DNA of 64,000 bases from Camelus dromedarius (GCF_036321535.1 NC_087437.1:113152001-113216000); one strand, 5' to 3'; numbered from the stretch's first letter, positions 1-13,775 are shown. Notes: generated by a model from the sequence alone, not told the origin. Program-made: numbers and translations.

Positions 1-1989
1 GCTCAGTGAGGACGCTCAGGGGATAAAACCCAGCTTCACCCCTCAAGAGGGGAGGGAGTGCACGTAAGATGCTCAAGCAGCATCCAGGATGTGGTACAAA
101 CATCTAAGAAAGAGATATAATCTAGACCGTCGGGAGGTGCTGTCAGGAAGTTGTCCCTAACTTCCTTGAGGGTTAAGTGGCGAGCTGAATGGTGAGTAGG
201 ACGAGGCAGAGAGTGGCTCTGGGTGGTGGGACAGCAGGTCTCAGGAGAGCAAACAGTGTGCAGAGGTCCCCGAGACCCATGGCACCTTCCAACAGCTGAA
301 CTCTAGGGAGACTGGAGCACGAGGGACAGTGCTGGGCAGTCTGGCACCAGGTGAGCTGCAGTGGGCAGCAGGCGGCCCCTCCCTGCCTCATGAGTCACGA
401 GAATAGGGGCCTCTTTCTTCCCGATGCAGGGAGTCGATGGGGTGAATTGAGGCATAGTGCTGCATCACTGCTCCTGCTCCCGTCTGGTGGCCCCTGGATG
501 CTGTTTTCCCTGACTCGGCAAGACCAGCCATTTCCCAAGAGAACTGCCCCATTGGACACCCTGCCAGAGCCCAGGCGGCTGCAAGATGATGATGGGTCAC
601 GGACCTTGACTCCAAGGAGCTCACCTATGAGTTGGGGGTGGATGGGCCTGGAAAGGGGTGACCTCATTACCCCAAGGAGGGAGCCATGACTTCTTCCAGG
701 TGAGGAGGAGCTGGAGAAAGCTCGGAGAGGAAGTGAGACTCGAATGAGTCTCGTGGGGGAAGCCACTGCAGCCGTGAGGCTGGGGGTCCTCGGGCAGGCA
801 GTGCAGGCTGACTCCGAGACCGGAGTTCCGAGGCAATGTTTTATTGGGCTGTACGTCTCCTCACCCTAGAACAATTGCGCCTCCTTACTGACCCAGGCGG
901 TGGGTGGCTGATTGGAACCATATGTTGGAACAAGTCTTCCCCTGTTGGTGCAGGATGGGGGCCCCATTCCAAACACGGCGCGGAGAGAGGAGCTGGCTGG
1001 GAGGAGCCAGTGCTGGGCTGGTCCCTCTTCCGTGAAGAACTCCATCCTCTGTGATGGAGAGCAGACCAAGGATGCCAGGTTGTGACATCTCCCCTGCGTT
1101 TTAGACGTGCCCACCCGGGGAGGTTTCTAGACCAGAAAACTGATCTTTAAAAAACTTATATCTGCTCAGGGTTCCAGGGGATCCTGTGCCCTGAGCCTCG
1201 CTCTGGCCTCAGCTGCAACAAATATCTCCCGACTGTGGCCCAACTCCCAGTAGCCACCTTAATCACACGGTATAAGCGTCTATTTTAGTTACATAAACAG
1301 AGTCGTCTACATTTGGACTCCGGGGCTGGCTGCAGGAATTTGTAAACAGCATGGTGGACGCGTTTCACAGAAAGTTGCCAGGACGCGCTCCTTTCCCACT
1401 GCCTTTGTCCAGTTTTCCCTTTTATAGAGAGTCTGGCTGGGAAAGAGAGACAGAACTTATTTGGGAATAGAGGACAATCTCTCAGGCAAATTCCTCTCTC
1501 CCACTCCCGCAGCCACTGCCTCCTCTTCAGAGATGCTGAGGTCTGGTGTGGAATGAAGCCTGCTCCTGAGTGACGAGTCCCTCCCGAACAGGAGCCTCGT
1601 CTAAATATAAATGTAAACCTCACAAAAAACAAATCTGGGGAGGTTTTATTCTTGGGAGGGCAACAGGGAATTTTGAAGTTTGAGGCAAGTTCTAAAACCT
1701 GTCAGACACTGCTGTCTCTATCCGACTCAAGACCCCAAGTGACATCACGACGTCCCCTTTGCTTCTCCCACCTAAGAGCTTTCTTGAGCTTCAAGCAGGA
1801 GCTGGTCAGGTTCTAGACAGGAGGGATGCTTGGAGCCATCAAGAAGTGGTCGCCTCAAGGGGGAGAGGGGCATTCATCCTTTTCTTTCATTTAATAATCA
1901 TTAATGAAGCATCCATTTGAATTTGAAACTGTGTTCAGCACTGTGGGCCTTGGAAGATGGATAACAGAAACTGATGGCCTCGAAAAACT

Positions 1990-2665
1990 TCAGTGATGGA
2001 CGTGTGCACCATTACATCTGGTGGTGGTTTCACGGGTGTACACATCTATCAAAATTCATCAAATTGTACATCTGAAAGATGTGTAGTTTACTGCACAGGA
2101 ATCATAACACAATAAAGGTGTTAAAAATTTTTAAGTGTCCGACAGTGAAAAAAAAAAAAAGAGCTATCAAGCCATGAAAGACATGGAAGAAACTTAAAAG
2201 ACATATTACTAAATGAATGAAGTCAGTGTGAAAAGGATGCAAACTGTATGATTCCAACCAAATGACATTCTGGAAAAGGCACAGCTACAGAAACAATAAA
2301 AAGATCCTGGTTTCCAGGGGTTTGGGGAGACGGAGGGAGGGAGGGATGAATAGATGGAACACAGGGGATTTTTAGGGCAATGAAATGATTCTGTATGATG
2401 CTATAATGGTGGCTACATGTCATTATGCATTTGTCAAACACCATAGAATATACAATATCAAAAGTGAACCCTAATGTAAACTATGGACTTTGGTTGATAA
2501 TAATGTGCCCATGTTGGTTCATCGATTGTACCAAATATGCTACATTGATGAGGGATGTTGAGGGTAGAGGAGTATATATGTGTGGATGGGGAGGGCTACG
2601 TGGGAACTCTCTGTATTTTCTGCTCAATTCTGCTGTAAACCTGAAACTGCTCTAAAAAAATAATA
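1990..2665 (+). mobile_element. Ancient LINE-1 3'-end fragments (L1M/L1MC-like)
   Basis: Typical L1M 3'UTR text (gagctatcaagccatgaaagacatgg..., ctgtatgattccaa...attctggaaaaggc, aaccctaatgtaaactatggactttgg) ending in A-rich tails at ~2111 and ~2655. Boundaries approximate. Confidence 0.8.
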
Positions 2666-3697
2666 AAGTCTATTAAAATTTTTTTAAAACTAAAGAAACC
2701 AAAGAAAAAACTTCCGTGAAAGGTGAGGACAAAGGGAGTAGGGTTTTCCTTATCATATGGATGCTTGCAGAATGGATGGATGGATGAAGAATAAAAGGTC
2801 TGTGGCTGAGAATGAAGCCTGCTACAGTGGTTGGAACTGAACCCTAATCTGAACTTCACTGCACGTTAACTTTTACTCAAACTTAAAGTTGGAGTCACAA
2901 ACTGTCCCATTTTGTCTGGAACTCAGGAGGTGCCCAGGACACAGGATGGAGAAGAATTCCCAGGCAAACTAGCATAAGTTGGTCACTCTACTCAAAATGT
3001 CAAAGAAAATAGAACTAGGAAAGAGAAAAGTTCGCGTAGAGGAAATACCTGAATTGGGAAAACGAGAGGTCACTGGGCCACGAGGCTTATACGAAACTGT
3101 TGTATCTCTCCTTCCAGGTTTTAGTATCAGAGAAAAAAGAAGCAGAAAATAATTTATCCATATAGAAAGAAACAGAGAAATTAGTAGGTTATATGAGGAA
3201 TTGAGCATTGACAGGCAGAACAAGAGGGATTCAGTTCTTAAAATATTATCAAACAAGCTCAACAGTAAACAAAGCTGCAGGAAGTTTTTAACTTCGTCTC
3301 CACAGAAGACTGCAGAGAAATCCACGGCTTTGAATCACTCAAAATGCTGAAAGGGTCTGGAAGAGTTGTCTGTATCTCAGGAGCATCCATATAAGGAAAC
3401 GCTGGAGTTAAAAAGAAGCAGCAATTTAAAGCAACTGATGTCCAATGTAAAGGTTCCGTCTTCTACCTAGATACTGTATTTCTTTATTTTTGCCGTAAGT
3501 ATAACCCTTTTAGAAAGATGCGTAGGTGTTAACATTTAGTGATTTGATTTTGAAAAAAGCAAGGATGTCTGGCTCTTTTCATAAAGAGTTTCATGGGCTA
3601 GAAATGCTATAATTGAGTGGGAAGAAGCCGGGCATCAGAATCAGCAAAGGGCTTCTGTGAAGCCTAGCTGCTCCGTGCAATAAAAAGCTCAGCTTTG

Positions 3698-3711
3698 GCG
3701 CCACCTGGTGT
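3698..3711 (-). promoter_or_regulatory. Candidate CTCF site
   Basis: Minus strand reads ACACCAGGTGGCGC, a near-consensus CTCF core. Confidence 0.45.
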
Positions 3712-4554
3712 CGGTTTCCTAAATCTCAAATGTAACACCCTGGAAAACAGGCACATTTCTTATTTAAGCTCAGAAAGTGACAGGAAAGACCGCTTGGATC
3801 ACCAGAAACAATATTTCATGCATGTTGTACTGTGAGAAGTTTTGCAAAAGAATGACCTAGACCTGGGTCTTTTATTCTAAGACTTTTGAGTCCAAGATTA
3901 TGACTTCTAGTGGCCACTTTCTCATCTGTCAGATGTCAGTTGGGGCTTGGAGGCTGAGGGTAGGACCAGAGGCATACGCGTTGCATGAAGTGTCTTGCAC
4001 ATTGCCTGGCACACAGTAGGTACGCAAAAAATGGGAGAAGCTGAACTAGTGGCACTGGCTGTTGACATTGCTGATGGGCAGGGGGCCGGGTGAAGCTGGG
4101 AAGGCAGGCTGGGGGCTACGACTTCAGGCAGTATTTGAACTCTGGCGCTGTTAGTGATTTCCTGAGAGAAATTAAGGCAGAGCTGCAGTGAGAGCCGTGG
4201 GAGAATCCACAAGTGCAGCTGGAGCCTAGTTTCTTCAGCGGCAGCAAAGCACAAGGTTGAATTTCATGGCTGAGACTTTTCCTGAGGCTTGAACAAAGCT
4301 CTTAGGTCCTGCCCAACCTTAGACAAGTTTCCAGGGACGTCAGGAAGAGGAGACAGCTCTGCCTGAGACTGTCAGCAGGGTGAACAGGGATGTTGATAGT
4401 CACAAGAGGGGAACTGGAGGAAGGGGGAATGATGGTCGAGTTCCTTCACAGCATCTTGGTTCCTCCCTGAATCAACGGGCTGGACTAGAAAGTCTTCAAG
4501 GCCTCATGTGGTCCTAACGTTCTAGAGTCCTAGGGGCTGTTAAACACGGATACA

Positions 4555-6230
4555 AAGCACAAAGCTTTGCTAGTGAGGATACGGAGCACCTGGAACTTGT
4601 ACCCACTGCCGGCCAGAATGTAAATGGGCACAGCAACTCTGCGAGCTAAATCAGCGACTTCTTATAAAACTACACACGCATCTGCCACATGACCCAGCAT
4701 TTGTGCTCTTGAGCATTTATCCCGGTGAAATGAACAGCTTACATTCACACCTAAACCTGGACGTGAGTGTTCATAATGACTCCACTCCTGATAGCAAAGA
4801 AATGAGAGCAACTCAAGTGTCCTTCGGCGGGCAAAAGAGTCAACGTCTGTGTAATGGGACACTGCTTGGAAATAAAAAGAAACTGGCTGTGGACACATGT
4901 GACAACTTGGATGGATCTCACGGGCATTATGCAGAATGGAAAAAAAACCAGGCTCAAAAGGTTATATACTGTGTAATCCTGTTTATAGAACAGTCTCAAA
5001 ATTACAAGTTTATAATTACCATATATAAAATAGATAAACAACAACGACCTACCGTACAGCACAGGGAACTGTATTCAGTTTCTTGTAATGAGTTGTAATG
5101 GAAAAGAATCTGAAAATAAGGTATATATGTATGTATATGTGATGCAGGAAAAACAGATGTGGGGCGCGAGGAGGGCCGTGTCCCAGGCTTCGGTTGAGCC
5201 CCTGGGACATGAGCCACCAAGTGTGGGTCCTTGGTTTGCGCAGAAAAGAATTCAAGAGCGAGCCACAGCTGAGTAAAGGTAGATTTATTCAGAGAGATAC
5301 ACTGAAAGGCAAGAGAAAGGCCATGAAGTGAGGGGGTTGGGTGCTCAGATTAGAGTAAAAGTAGGCACACACTCCACAGACAGAGTGCGGGCTGTCTCCA
5401 AACGGAGAGAGAGAGAAAGAAGCCAGGGGCAGTGATGCCCGTTTTCTTTATGGGCTTGGTGGCTTCATATGCAAATAAGTGGAAGGACCAGTCTAACTAG
5501 TCTGGGGAAGGGGCTGGGATTCCCAGGAAGTTGGCCATTTCCCACCCTTTGACCTTTTGTGGCGAGCCTTGGGACAGCCGTGGTGCCTGTGGGCATGCTA
5601 TTCACCATGCTAATATTACAGTAGGCATATAATGAAGCTCAAGGTCTACTAGAAGTCAAATCTCCCACCATCCTGAGCCTCAAGGCCTGCTAGGGGTTGA
5701 ATCTTTCACCATTTTGATGTTAATTGCCGTAGCATTCCTTGAATGGCTGTGCCCCGCCCCCTTCCTGTCTCACATGCATCACTGAATCGCTTTGCTGTAT
5801 ACCTGAAACTGACGCTGTAAATCGACTACACTTCAATTAAAAATAAGAATTTAAAAAAGTACAGGTTTATGGAGACTGAAACTAGGGGAAAGGGATGGGA
5901 AGGAGGGTGTAAAGTGGGGTACGAAGGAGTCCCTTACCGGGGAAGGGGCAGTTCTTTACCTTAATTGTGGTGGTACTTCCATGAATCTCTATTTCAGAGA
6001 AAACTGCATCAAATTTGATGCACACATGAATATGTAGGAAAAAGCAAAATCTGAATAAGGTCTGTGGTCTAGTTAACAGCATCTTATGGATGCAGATGCC
6101 CTGGTTTTGATACTTTGCTATAGTTATGTAAGATGCCATCATTGGGGGAAGCTGGGTAAAGGGTACATGGGACTCAACATTTCTGCAAGTTCTATAATGA
6201 TTTCAAAGTAAAAATAATAATAAAAAAGAG
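4555..6230 (+). mobile_element. Old L1M 3' region interrupted by a younger L1 3' end, itself interrupted by a solo LTR
   Basis: L1M 3'UTR-like text at 4555-5013 resumes at ~5871. The inserted L1 3' end (5014-5139 plus 5773-5858, A-rich tail) is bracketed by AAAATTACAAGTTTAT (4998-5013) and AAAAGTACAGGTTTAT (5855-5870), a 14/16 target-site duplication. Confidence 0.7.
5140..5772 (-). mobile_element. Solo ERV LTR (ERV1-like), 633 bp
   Basis: TG...CA termini; flanks TATG/CATG (4-bp TSD with one mismatch); minus-strand AATAAA at 5284-5289; splits a contiguous L1 3' end. Confidence 0.75.
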
Positions 6231-6679
6231 AAATGCATGGAATGGTTGCATCTGTCACTCTCTAACAAAAATGTAAAAAGAAATAAGCCAGAACCTTGCT
6301 AAGGGCTACTGGCAGTTAGATCCAGCGGGCAGGAGAACCCACCCGCCCAGAGCAAGGCAAAGTCGTTTCTATCTTATCCGCAGAACCAAACACGTCCAGA
6401 CTGGGCTACTTTGGGAACCAGCACACTTGACAGCCCTGTGGGGACACAGTGTGGTCGTTTTGAACACCGCAGCCTCTGATTTGAATTTTCTTTCTCTAGC
6501 TTTAGCCAAGGAGAACCTATTCTAAACACTCTGCTTAGTCAGGCTCGAAAGACCATAAACTGGAACGTAGCCATCAGGAATTCCCTAGAGGTGGACCACA
6601 GGTTCCGCGGGGCCATCCCTTTTCTGGACACTCACAAAGCTGAGCTGTCTCCTTGAGGTCGCTACTCTGAAACCAATTC

Positions 6680-7455
6680 TTTTGTTTTTAATTTTATTCT
6701 ACTGTTGTAAGAACATCTAACATGAGATCCACCCCTTTAAGAAAATAATGTGTGACACGTCATTGCTGACTTAGGGCACAAGGTTGTACGGCAGATCTCG
6801 AGAGTTTGTTTGCCTTGCTTGGCTGAAAGGTTATGCCTGATGATTAGCAATTCCCCATTTCCACCACCCTCCAGCCCCCAGCAACTCCCATTCTACCCTC
6901 TGAGTCTACGAATTTGACTATTTTAGATACCTCATTTAAGTGGGAGCACGCTGTATTTGTCTTTCTGTGACTGTCTTCTTTCCCTTAGCATAAGATCCTC
7001 AAGGTTCATCTGTGCTGTCACAGATCACAGAATTTCCATCTTCTTAAAGGCCATATATATATATATGTATTCCATTATATGTATACACTACATTTTCTTC
7101 ATCCATTCTTCTGCTGAGGGACACCCAGGTTGTCTCCACATCTTGACTGTGGTGAATAGTGCTGCAATGAACTTGGGAGTGGAGATATCTCTTTGAGATC
7201 CTGATTTCAATTCTTTGGGATAAAGACCTGGGACTGGGGTGGCTGGATCACGTGGTAGTTCTTGTTTTAATTTTTTGAGCACCTCCATTCTGTTATCCAC
7301 AGAGATGGCATCCTTTTGCATCCCCACCAACAGTGTGCAAGGGTTCCAATTTCTGAACATCCTCCTCAGCACTTGTCTTTTTTTTTTTTTTTTTTTTTGG
7401 TTTTTGTTGTTGTTTTTTTTTAAATAACAGCCATCCTGACAAGTGTGAAGTGAGG
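6680..7455 (-). mobile_element. LINE-1 3' end and ORF2 C-terminal remnant (L1MA-like)
   Basis: T-rich start; minus-strand translation 7088-7372 (ELPRDPATPVPGLYPKELKSGSQRDISTPKFIAALFT..KMWRQP) resembles the L1 ORF2p C-terminus. Confidence 0.88.
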
Positions 7456-9444
7456 CAAATTCTTAAAGCTGCCACGCATTGGAATCCAGATTTCTGGAGA
7501 CAGTTTTCTCCAAGACAGGGCAAGGGTTTGTTCTAAATTTTCAAGGAAACATAATTCTCAAGGGAGCAGGTGCTTGGTTTTGGTGGATATCTCCCCTTGA
7601 GACCCAATCTGAGGGCATCAGGAGGGCAGAGGGGCTGGGGTCCTCAGTGGTGGGGTAGGCGAGCGGTTGGTGGGTGCCCTCCCGAGGAGTGCCCGGGGAT
7701 TCCTCCTACCCTGGACACTCTCCATCGCAACCTTCTGTCTTTGAATCTGGCACACAAGTTCCAAAGAAAACCCACTCAACACTCTTCCTAAACGAAGGGC
7801 TCAGAAACAAGGAGAGATGCTGTCAAGGATACACCTGGAAAGAGTTTCGCTGGATGCGTTAACAGGAAGCTGGATTCTAAGCAGAGACCAAAAGGCAGGT
7901 CTGATTCCTGGCACAACTGGAAAGGTGAGACTCCCCCTTCCCTGTTCCCCTGTTTGGCTTGATCTGCTTTTCCCTACAAGGGTCCACAGGCCTCCCACTT
8001 CTTCTGGGGGAACTGAAGCCCCCTTAGCTGTCCCTTCTCACCTTTCCATCCAGTTTCAGCGCCCACACACCTGTGGCCAGAGGCTGAGGACTCCTTTTTC
8101 TTCATTTTGATTCTCTTCCTCTTTGAAAACCACCTTTGTGAAATAACCCTGGTATCACAGGAAGGTATCATTCACTTCAGATTAAGGTGGGGGGGGGGGA
8201 GAAATGCTCCAGGAGACGAGGGGGGCTCTTGTTTTTGCTCACAGAAACTGAATACAATATCCTGCCATTGGGCCCATGAGTGACATCTGCCTTGGCGCCC
8301 TTGGGCTTCACTGGAGCTGAGTAAGGTCAAGGAGAATGGAACACCATGAAGCTGAGGCATTACGTTGCAAAAATATGCCCGCAGCCTCGAGGTGGCAAGA
8401 TTCTCACCCCCAGAAGCAAAGCTGGGAGAGCACCTTGGGTGAAGGGCTCCGCCCGGAGAGGAGAAACTTGAACAAAACTTGGTTTGCTCTATCACTCAAG
8501 CAGCGTTTTCAAAGCATCCTACCAGCTTGCTTCTTTCAAGGCTCAACCACGTATTTGGGGTGTTCCTGGTAAAGCCCTATTTGTGGGAAATGGTCACGCT
8601 TATTTGTGGCTCAGAGAAGAAAATTCCCGCAGTTCCTCAGTCAAGTAGTGTCATCCACTCCAGAACCACTGTCATCTCTTCTAATATTCTGAAACTGGGC
8701 ATCAAGAAATCCGAAGCTCCTTGTATAGCTGCACAAAGCTACCAGGGTTTCTCAGCACAGCCAGCTCCAGCTTCTCACAAAGCCATTGCTCACATTAAGA
8801 CCATCAAAGAAAACCTTCTATTTTATGAGCCCCATTTGCAAACTCCAGGTACTATTAATGTTTTTGAAATGATGCCGAGTTTCTTTTCCAAGCAGCTTTT
8901 TGATTGAAAGAATAACCTTGGTGCCTTGTAAATAGGTGATTTTGATTTCGTCAGAACTGAAATCTAGAATTGCCACCTTTTCCATGAATTTGGAAAGCAT
9001 TGGGAGCTTTTGTTCAACCAGACTCAGAATGAGTAACACAGACAATATTCTTGCTGTCATGGAGCTGAGGTACCAAGTTAGAGACAGGAAAAAAAAAAAG
9101 CAATAAAATAGGATAACTTCAGAATTCAAAGATGCTATCACGCACGGTGGTGCAGGCTGTGCACAAGCTCCATTCACACTCTAGTCTAAGTGAATGGTGT
9201 CCCCTGGTTGTGCACTGCCCAGCCAGTGTAACAGTATGTGGTAGCCCTGCACAATTCAGAAAACTGAAAATGCTCTGAGTGACTGATGAGTGGTGTCTGA
9301 GGTAGGCATCAATGTTTCAGATTGGGTACACAGAGGGAAAAAAAACCTGCCTGAGAAGGTGTCATTTAAAGAGGTGAAGAAGCTAGCTGTGCTAAAATCT
9401 GCAGGAATAGCATTCCAGGCAGAGGAAACAGCTGATACAAAGAT

Positions 9445-9915
9445 GTTGTGGCAAGCTGGATAATGGCCCCTCAAAGGTGGCCACGTCCTAATCCTTGGAA
9501 CCTGTGAGTAAAGTTAACTTACGTGGTAAAGGGGACTTTGCAGTTGTGATTAAATGAGTCGCCTTGAGATGAGATGATCCTGGATTATCTGAGCGGGCCA
9601 AGTGCAATCACCAAGGTCCTTCTAAGAGAAAGGCGAGAAGGTGAGAGTCAGTGGTAAGAGGTGGGATGATGAAAGCAGAGGTTGGAGTCATACGAGGAAG
9701 GGGCCCTGAGCCAAGGAAAGCCGGCAGCCTCTGGAAGCTGGAAAAGACAAGGAAACAAGTTTTCCCCCAAAGTCTCCAGAAGGAATCAGCCCTGCTGACA
9801 CCTTGAGTTCCGCCCAGTTAAGACCCACTTTGGACTTCTGACCTCCAGAACTTTAAGACAAGAAATTTGTGCTGTTTTAAGGCACTAAGTTTGTGATACT
9901 ATATTAGAGCAATGA
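9445..9915 (+). mobile_element. MaLR LTR (MLT1D-like) inserted in L2 remnants
   Basis: MLT1 hallmarks: ataatggccc..., gtcctaatccttggaacctgtga, gggactttgcagttgtgattaa, gatcctggattatctgagcgggcc, cagccctgctgacaccttga, ttggacttctgacctccagaact. Confidence 0.85.
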
Positions 9916-10924
9916 TGAGTACAGATGCTAACACAGAAACACAGGGAGCAGGGAAGCAGGACCAGGCTGTGAGGGAAGGATGAGGTCAGGATGGGGACCA
10001 GAGGCCAGGTCCTCTATGTACTGGGGGCTGCACTAAGGAGTCTGGAGTTTACTGTGAAGGTGATGGGAAACCAGTCGGGAGTTTTAAGCAAGGGAATAGC
10101 GTGTTTCGATTTATGTTTCTAAAAGGTCATGCTGGTCGCTTTTCAAAGTGAATGAATGAAGACAAAGAGGGAAAAGCTGAAGGCAGACGGCAAGCCGTGA
10201 CCCAGTCCAGCCATGAGGAGGTGTTTCAGAGAGAAGTAGACTGAGTTGAAATGTGTTTTGAAGTGTCAAATTAGAACAAGGAGCCACCTGAGCAGTAAGA
10301 AACAAAGCTGGATCTATTGCTTGCCAGACAAAGGGACACGTTCAAAGGATCTGCCTGTGCAGACACAGGGAAAACTCGGCTTAAGGCAACCATAAAAAAG
10401 TACAACAAAAAAGGGCAACTTTCTGAGAACAAGTGTCTGGTTGGCTCATAACATGGACTGTAACTCTTCTCTGCAATTGGCCATTACACTAGTTTACAAC
10501 ACAAAAGCCCAGGCATGGCTTCCAAAGAGGTTGGGATGGGTTGCTATAGTTCTGCTGGGTGCAATGTCACCCAGTGTGCAAACTCACACAGCCACACTCA
10601 AGACTTGGAGAGGTCTTTCTTAATGGGAGTCAATCAGCTGTATCTGCTAATGGACTGGATGTGGGAGGTAAGGCAAAGAAAGGAATCAAAGCTCTGTCCT
10701 AGTTTTTGGCTTAAGGAGCTGGAAAGATGGTGGGGCCACTTGACTGTGATGGATCACAGGGGAGGAGCAGATCTGGTGGGAGAAGTGAGCATTCTGCTTG
10801 GACCCCTGACATTGAGATGTCCAAATGACATACACGTGGAAATGTCAAGTAAGCATTTGGCCATTTGAGACTGAAGTTTAGAGGAGAGAATTGGACTGGA
10901 GACATAAATCTACAAATATGGATT

Positions 10925-11645
10925 TTTAAGATATCAATTTTATTGTGGTCTAGTTTACATCAAGTTACACATACCCGTTTCAAGTGTACAGTTCAATGAG
11001 TTTTGACAAATGTATACACCCAGGGAACCACCACCATAATCAAGATATAGAACAATCAAGTCACCCCCAAAAATTCTCTCTCAACCCTTTGAATTCAACC
11101 TTCCCCTCACCTGGCCCCAGGAAACAACTGGTCTGCTTTTTATCACTATGGATTACTTTTGCCCTTCCTAGAGTTTCTGGAAATAGACTCATTTAGTAAA
11201 ACATGCTCTGCTCAGATACTGTTTTTGTGACTCACCCATGTTGTTGCATGTATCATGAATTTGTTCCTTTTTATTGTTGGGCAATATTCTATTGCCCATT
11301 TGGGTTATTCCCAAATATCCCTCAGCAGATATTTGAGGGATCTGCTATGAACACTCACGCGCAAGTCTTTGCAAGACTTGTTTCATGTATCTTGGGTAAA
11401 TACCTAGAAGTGGAAGTGTTGGGGCCATTATGGTAACTTATTAAGAAACTGCCAAACTCTTTCCAAGTGGTTGTTTTACATTTTACATTCCCACCAGCGC
11501 TGATGAAGGTTCCAGTTACCCCACATCCTCACCAACACTTGGTGTTGTCAGTCTTTTTAAAATTTAGCCATTCTAGCAAGTGTGTAGTGGCAGCTCACTG
11601 TGGTTGTAGGTTCATTTCCCTAACGACTAATGATGTTGAGTCATC
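10925..11645 (-). mobile_element. LINE-1 3' region (L1MB/MC-like)
   Basis: Antisense L1 3'UTR text (caagtgtacagttcaatgagttttgacaaatgtatacacc..., tttacattcccaccagc..., ccacatcctcaccaacacttgg). Confidence 0.8.
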
Positions 11646-12689
11646 GAGGGGTGTAGGAAGAGGTTTGAGAACAGCCCAGTAAAAATATTTTTAAAAAGAA
11701 ATAATTATTAACTCCAAGAAAAACAAAAAAGTGTAAAGGAGAGATGTTATTACAGTTCATGATGTGGGTCATCAAAGAACAATGTTTCTATCATCGCAGA
11801 AATACAAACTCTGAGGTTGGATTTAACCCTAAATTGTGATGTAACTGTACTGGGAGGGTGTGAAGGAGGGAAGAAGGTGTGGATGCAGGGTTACCTACCG
11901 TCCCAGGAGGGCAATGGATAGGGTCAGTGCAGGACTGAGGCAGAGACACTAACTGATTTGAGGATTTGCGAAGACAACTACCTAATAAGAGTCCTATTTA
12001 CTTAAGGAGTGTTGTTAGCCTCTTGCTTTGTGTCCATAGTGGTGCCCTAAGAATGGTACAGGTCACCTGAAAGTCAGATTTGATTCTAAACAAAGTCCTC
12101 CACGCTCTTCTCTTCTGAAGGAATTTGGGGGTTTTATTAGAGCTGGCTGTCAGACTGAGTAACACTCAAATTTAAATCCAAAAGCAGACTCCACTCACTA
12201 GATTTATAAAAACATGTCATACATAGGCAGAGGAGCTCTGTAAGGACATGGGCTGAGGCTGGGCTTTAAAAAAGGACATTTGCTTTTACATAACTTGCTT
12301 TCTGGGCAGATAGCATTTTATTCTCCTGTTGGGGACGGGGCAGAGTGTACCTACTGAGAGCTTTCTGCAGAGGTCAAGGGCGCTGATGCCCATTGGGAGC
12401 AAACAGGGGACAGCTCTGTCCCCCTTCTGCTGTCTTCTCCAGGCTTTAAGGGACACCTGGGTCACACTGACCCTCTGCTTCTGCATCCACTTTGTCAGGT
12501 CTCCGTCTCATCCCAGTCGTGCGAATTGTGTACCGAGGCATGGGGAAGAGCTATGTAAAAATAAACCATGAAGGAGCCACTCTTCACCAGGTGCTAGAAT
12601 GTTCTTTTCCTTGATGAGGTTGGTCAAGGTCTGTTTCTCACTGCCTTGTCCTCTTGTTTATTTCTCTTAAAAATAATGGCAAAAGCTAA

Positions 12690-12910
12690 TGCGTGTAGGG
12701 CATTTACGCTGTTGCCAAATACCAGGTTCTGTATTAAGTGCTTTACATCCATTATCTCATCTAATTTTTGTGACAACCCAATGAGGCAGGATCTCTCCTG
12801 CTCTCCATCTTACAGATGAGGAATCCACTGATCAGGAACCCTGTGTAATTTGTTCACATGGTTTTTCAGCCTCCAGAGCCAAGCTCTTAGCCACTAGGAT
12901 CTACTGCCTT
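12690..12910. mobile_element. MIR SINE remnant
   Basis: MIR core-like text: taagtgctttacatccattatctcatctaat...acaacccaatgaggcagg...ttacagatgagga. Confidence 0.7.
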
Positions 12911-13051
12911 CTGGTCCTGTCCTAATCCCCAAAGTGTAGACTTGCACACTGTTTTGGTTCTTCTTAACCTTTGCACTAGGAGAATTCAAGATGTGAGATT
13001 GCATGGCCAGGGCTGCTTAAAGAGCTGATTGGCCTCTGTTCCTTCTGTCTA

Positions 13052-13065
13052 CCAGCAGGTGGCGC
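13052..13065 (+). promoter_or_regulatory. Candidate CTCF site
   Basis: CCAGCAGGTGGCGC matches the CTCF core consensus. Confidence 0.55.
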
Positions 13066-13269
13066 AGTCACCCCGGTGGAATTGCCCAGGGAGCCCTGCA
13101 CTTTGAGCCCAGCTGGACCGTCAAACCGTTCCTTTCCAGTTGGGTTTGCCTTATCTCGTTCAGTGAAGGCGATTTGCGAGGGCAAACGGTGTCATGAGAA
13201 GCTGGTGCAGAGTTTCGGAGATCCCTGTGTTTCTTCAGATCACATCTCATACGTTAAGTATGATACTTT

Positions 13270-13775
13270 TGCCAGCTAAAACCTGGCACTTGCCATCTGC
13301 CTCTGCAAGGATTGGATCGTGTTGGCACTGGCCATCTAGCTCTGCTTGGATTAGCTCACGAGTCGCTGCAGCCGCTGACCTTCAACACCCTCTGAAAGGA
13401 GTTCAGGATGGAGGTCAGGAACGAGGCGCTCTGTGCTCTGGGAGAACTGGCTGAACAGGCCGTCAGATAGTTAGATGTTTTCAGGAGAAGATTTTATGAC
13501 CCCAGTTCTTGTGTCTCCTCATATCTAGAAAAGCACTAGAATCATAAACGGTGACGACTGCTCCTCGTGACTAGCAGCAGTCTCTGCCTGAACGTGTGCT
13601 TGGCTGCACGTCCCCCCCTCACTGATAACATATATAATACTGAGCTTTCCCCCTACCTCTTCGGAGCTGTTCCTCAGAGCTATCTGAGATGCTGGCTCCC
13701 TGGCTACAGTCCTCATTTGGCTCCAAATAAAACAACCCACAGCTCTCACGTTGTGTGGTTTTATTTCAGTCAACA
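13270..13775 (+). mobile_element. Solo ERV LTR (ERV1-like), 506 bp
   Basis: Starts TG (13270) and ends CA (13775); perfect 4-bp TSD CTTT (13266-13269 and 13776-13779); TATA-like TATATAA ~13631; AATAAA 13726-13731. Confidence 0.85.

Noticed and set aside
735..826. Two small perfect hairpins (GAGACTC-gaat-GAGTCTC; ACTCCG-agac-CGGAGT)
   Set aside because: Stems of 6-7 bp are expected by chance in 64 kb and have no supporting context.
7088..7372. ORF with L1 ORF2p similarity as a possible gene
   Set aside because: Short, truncated LINE-1 remnant.
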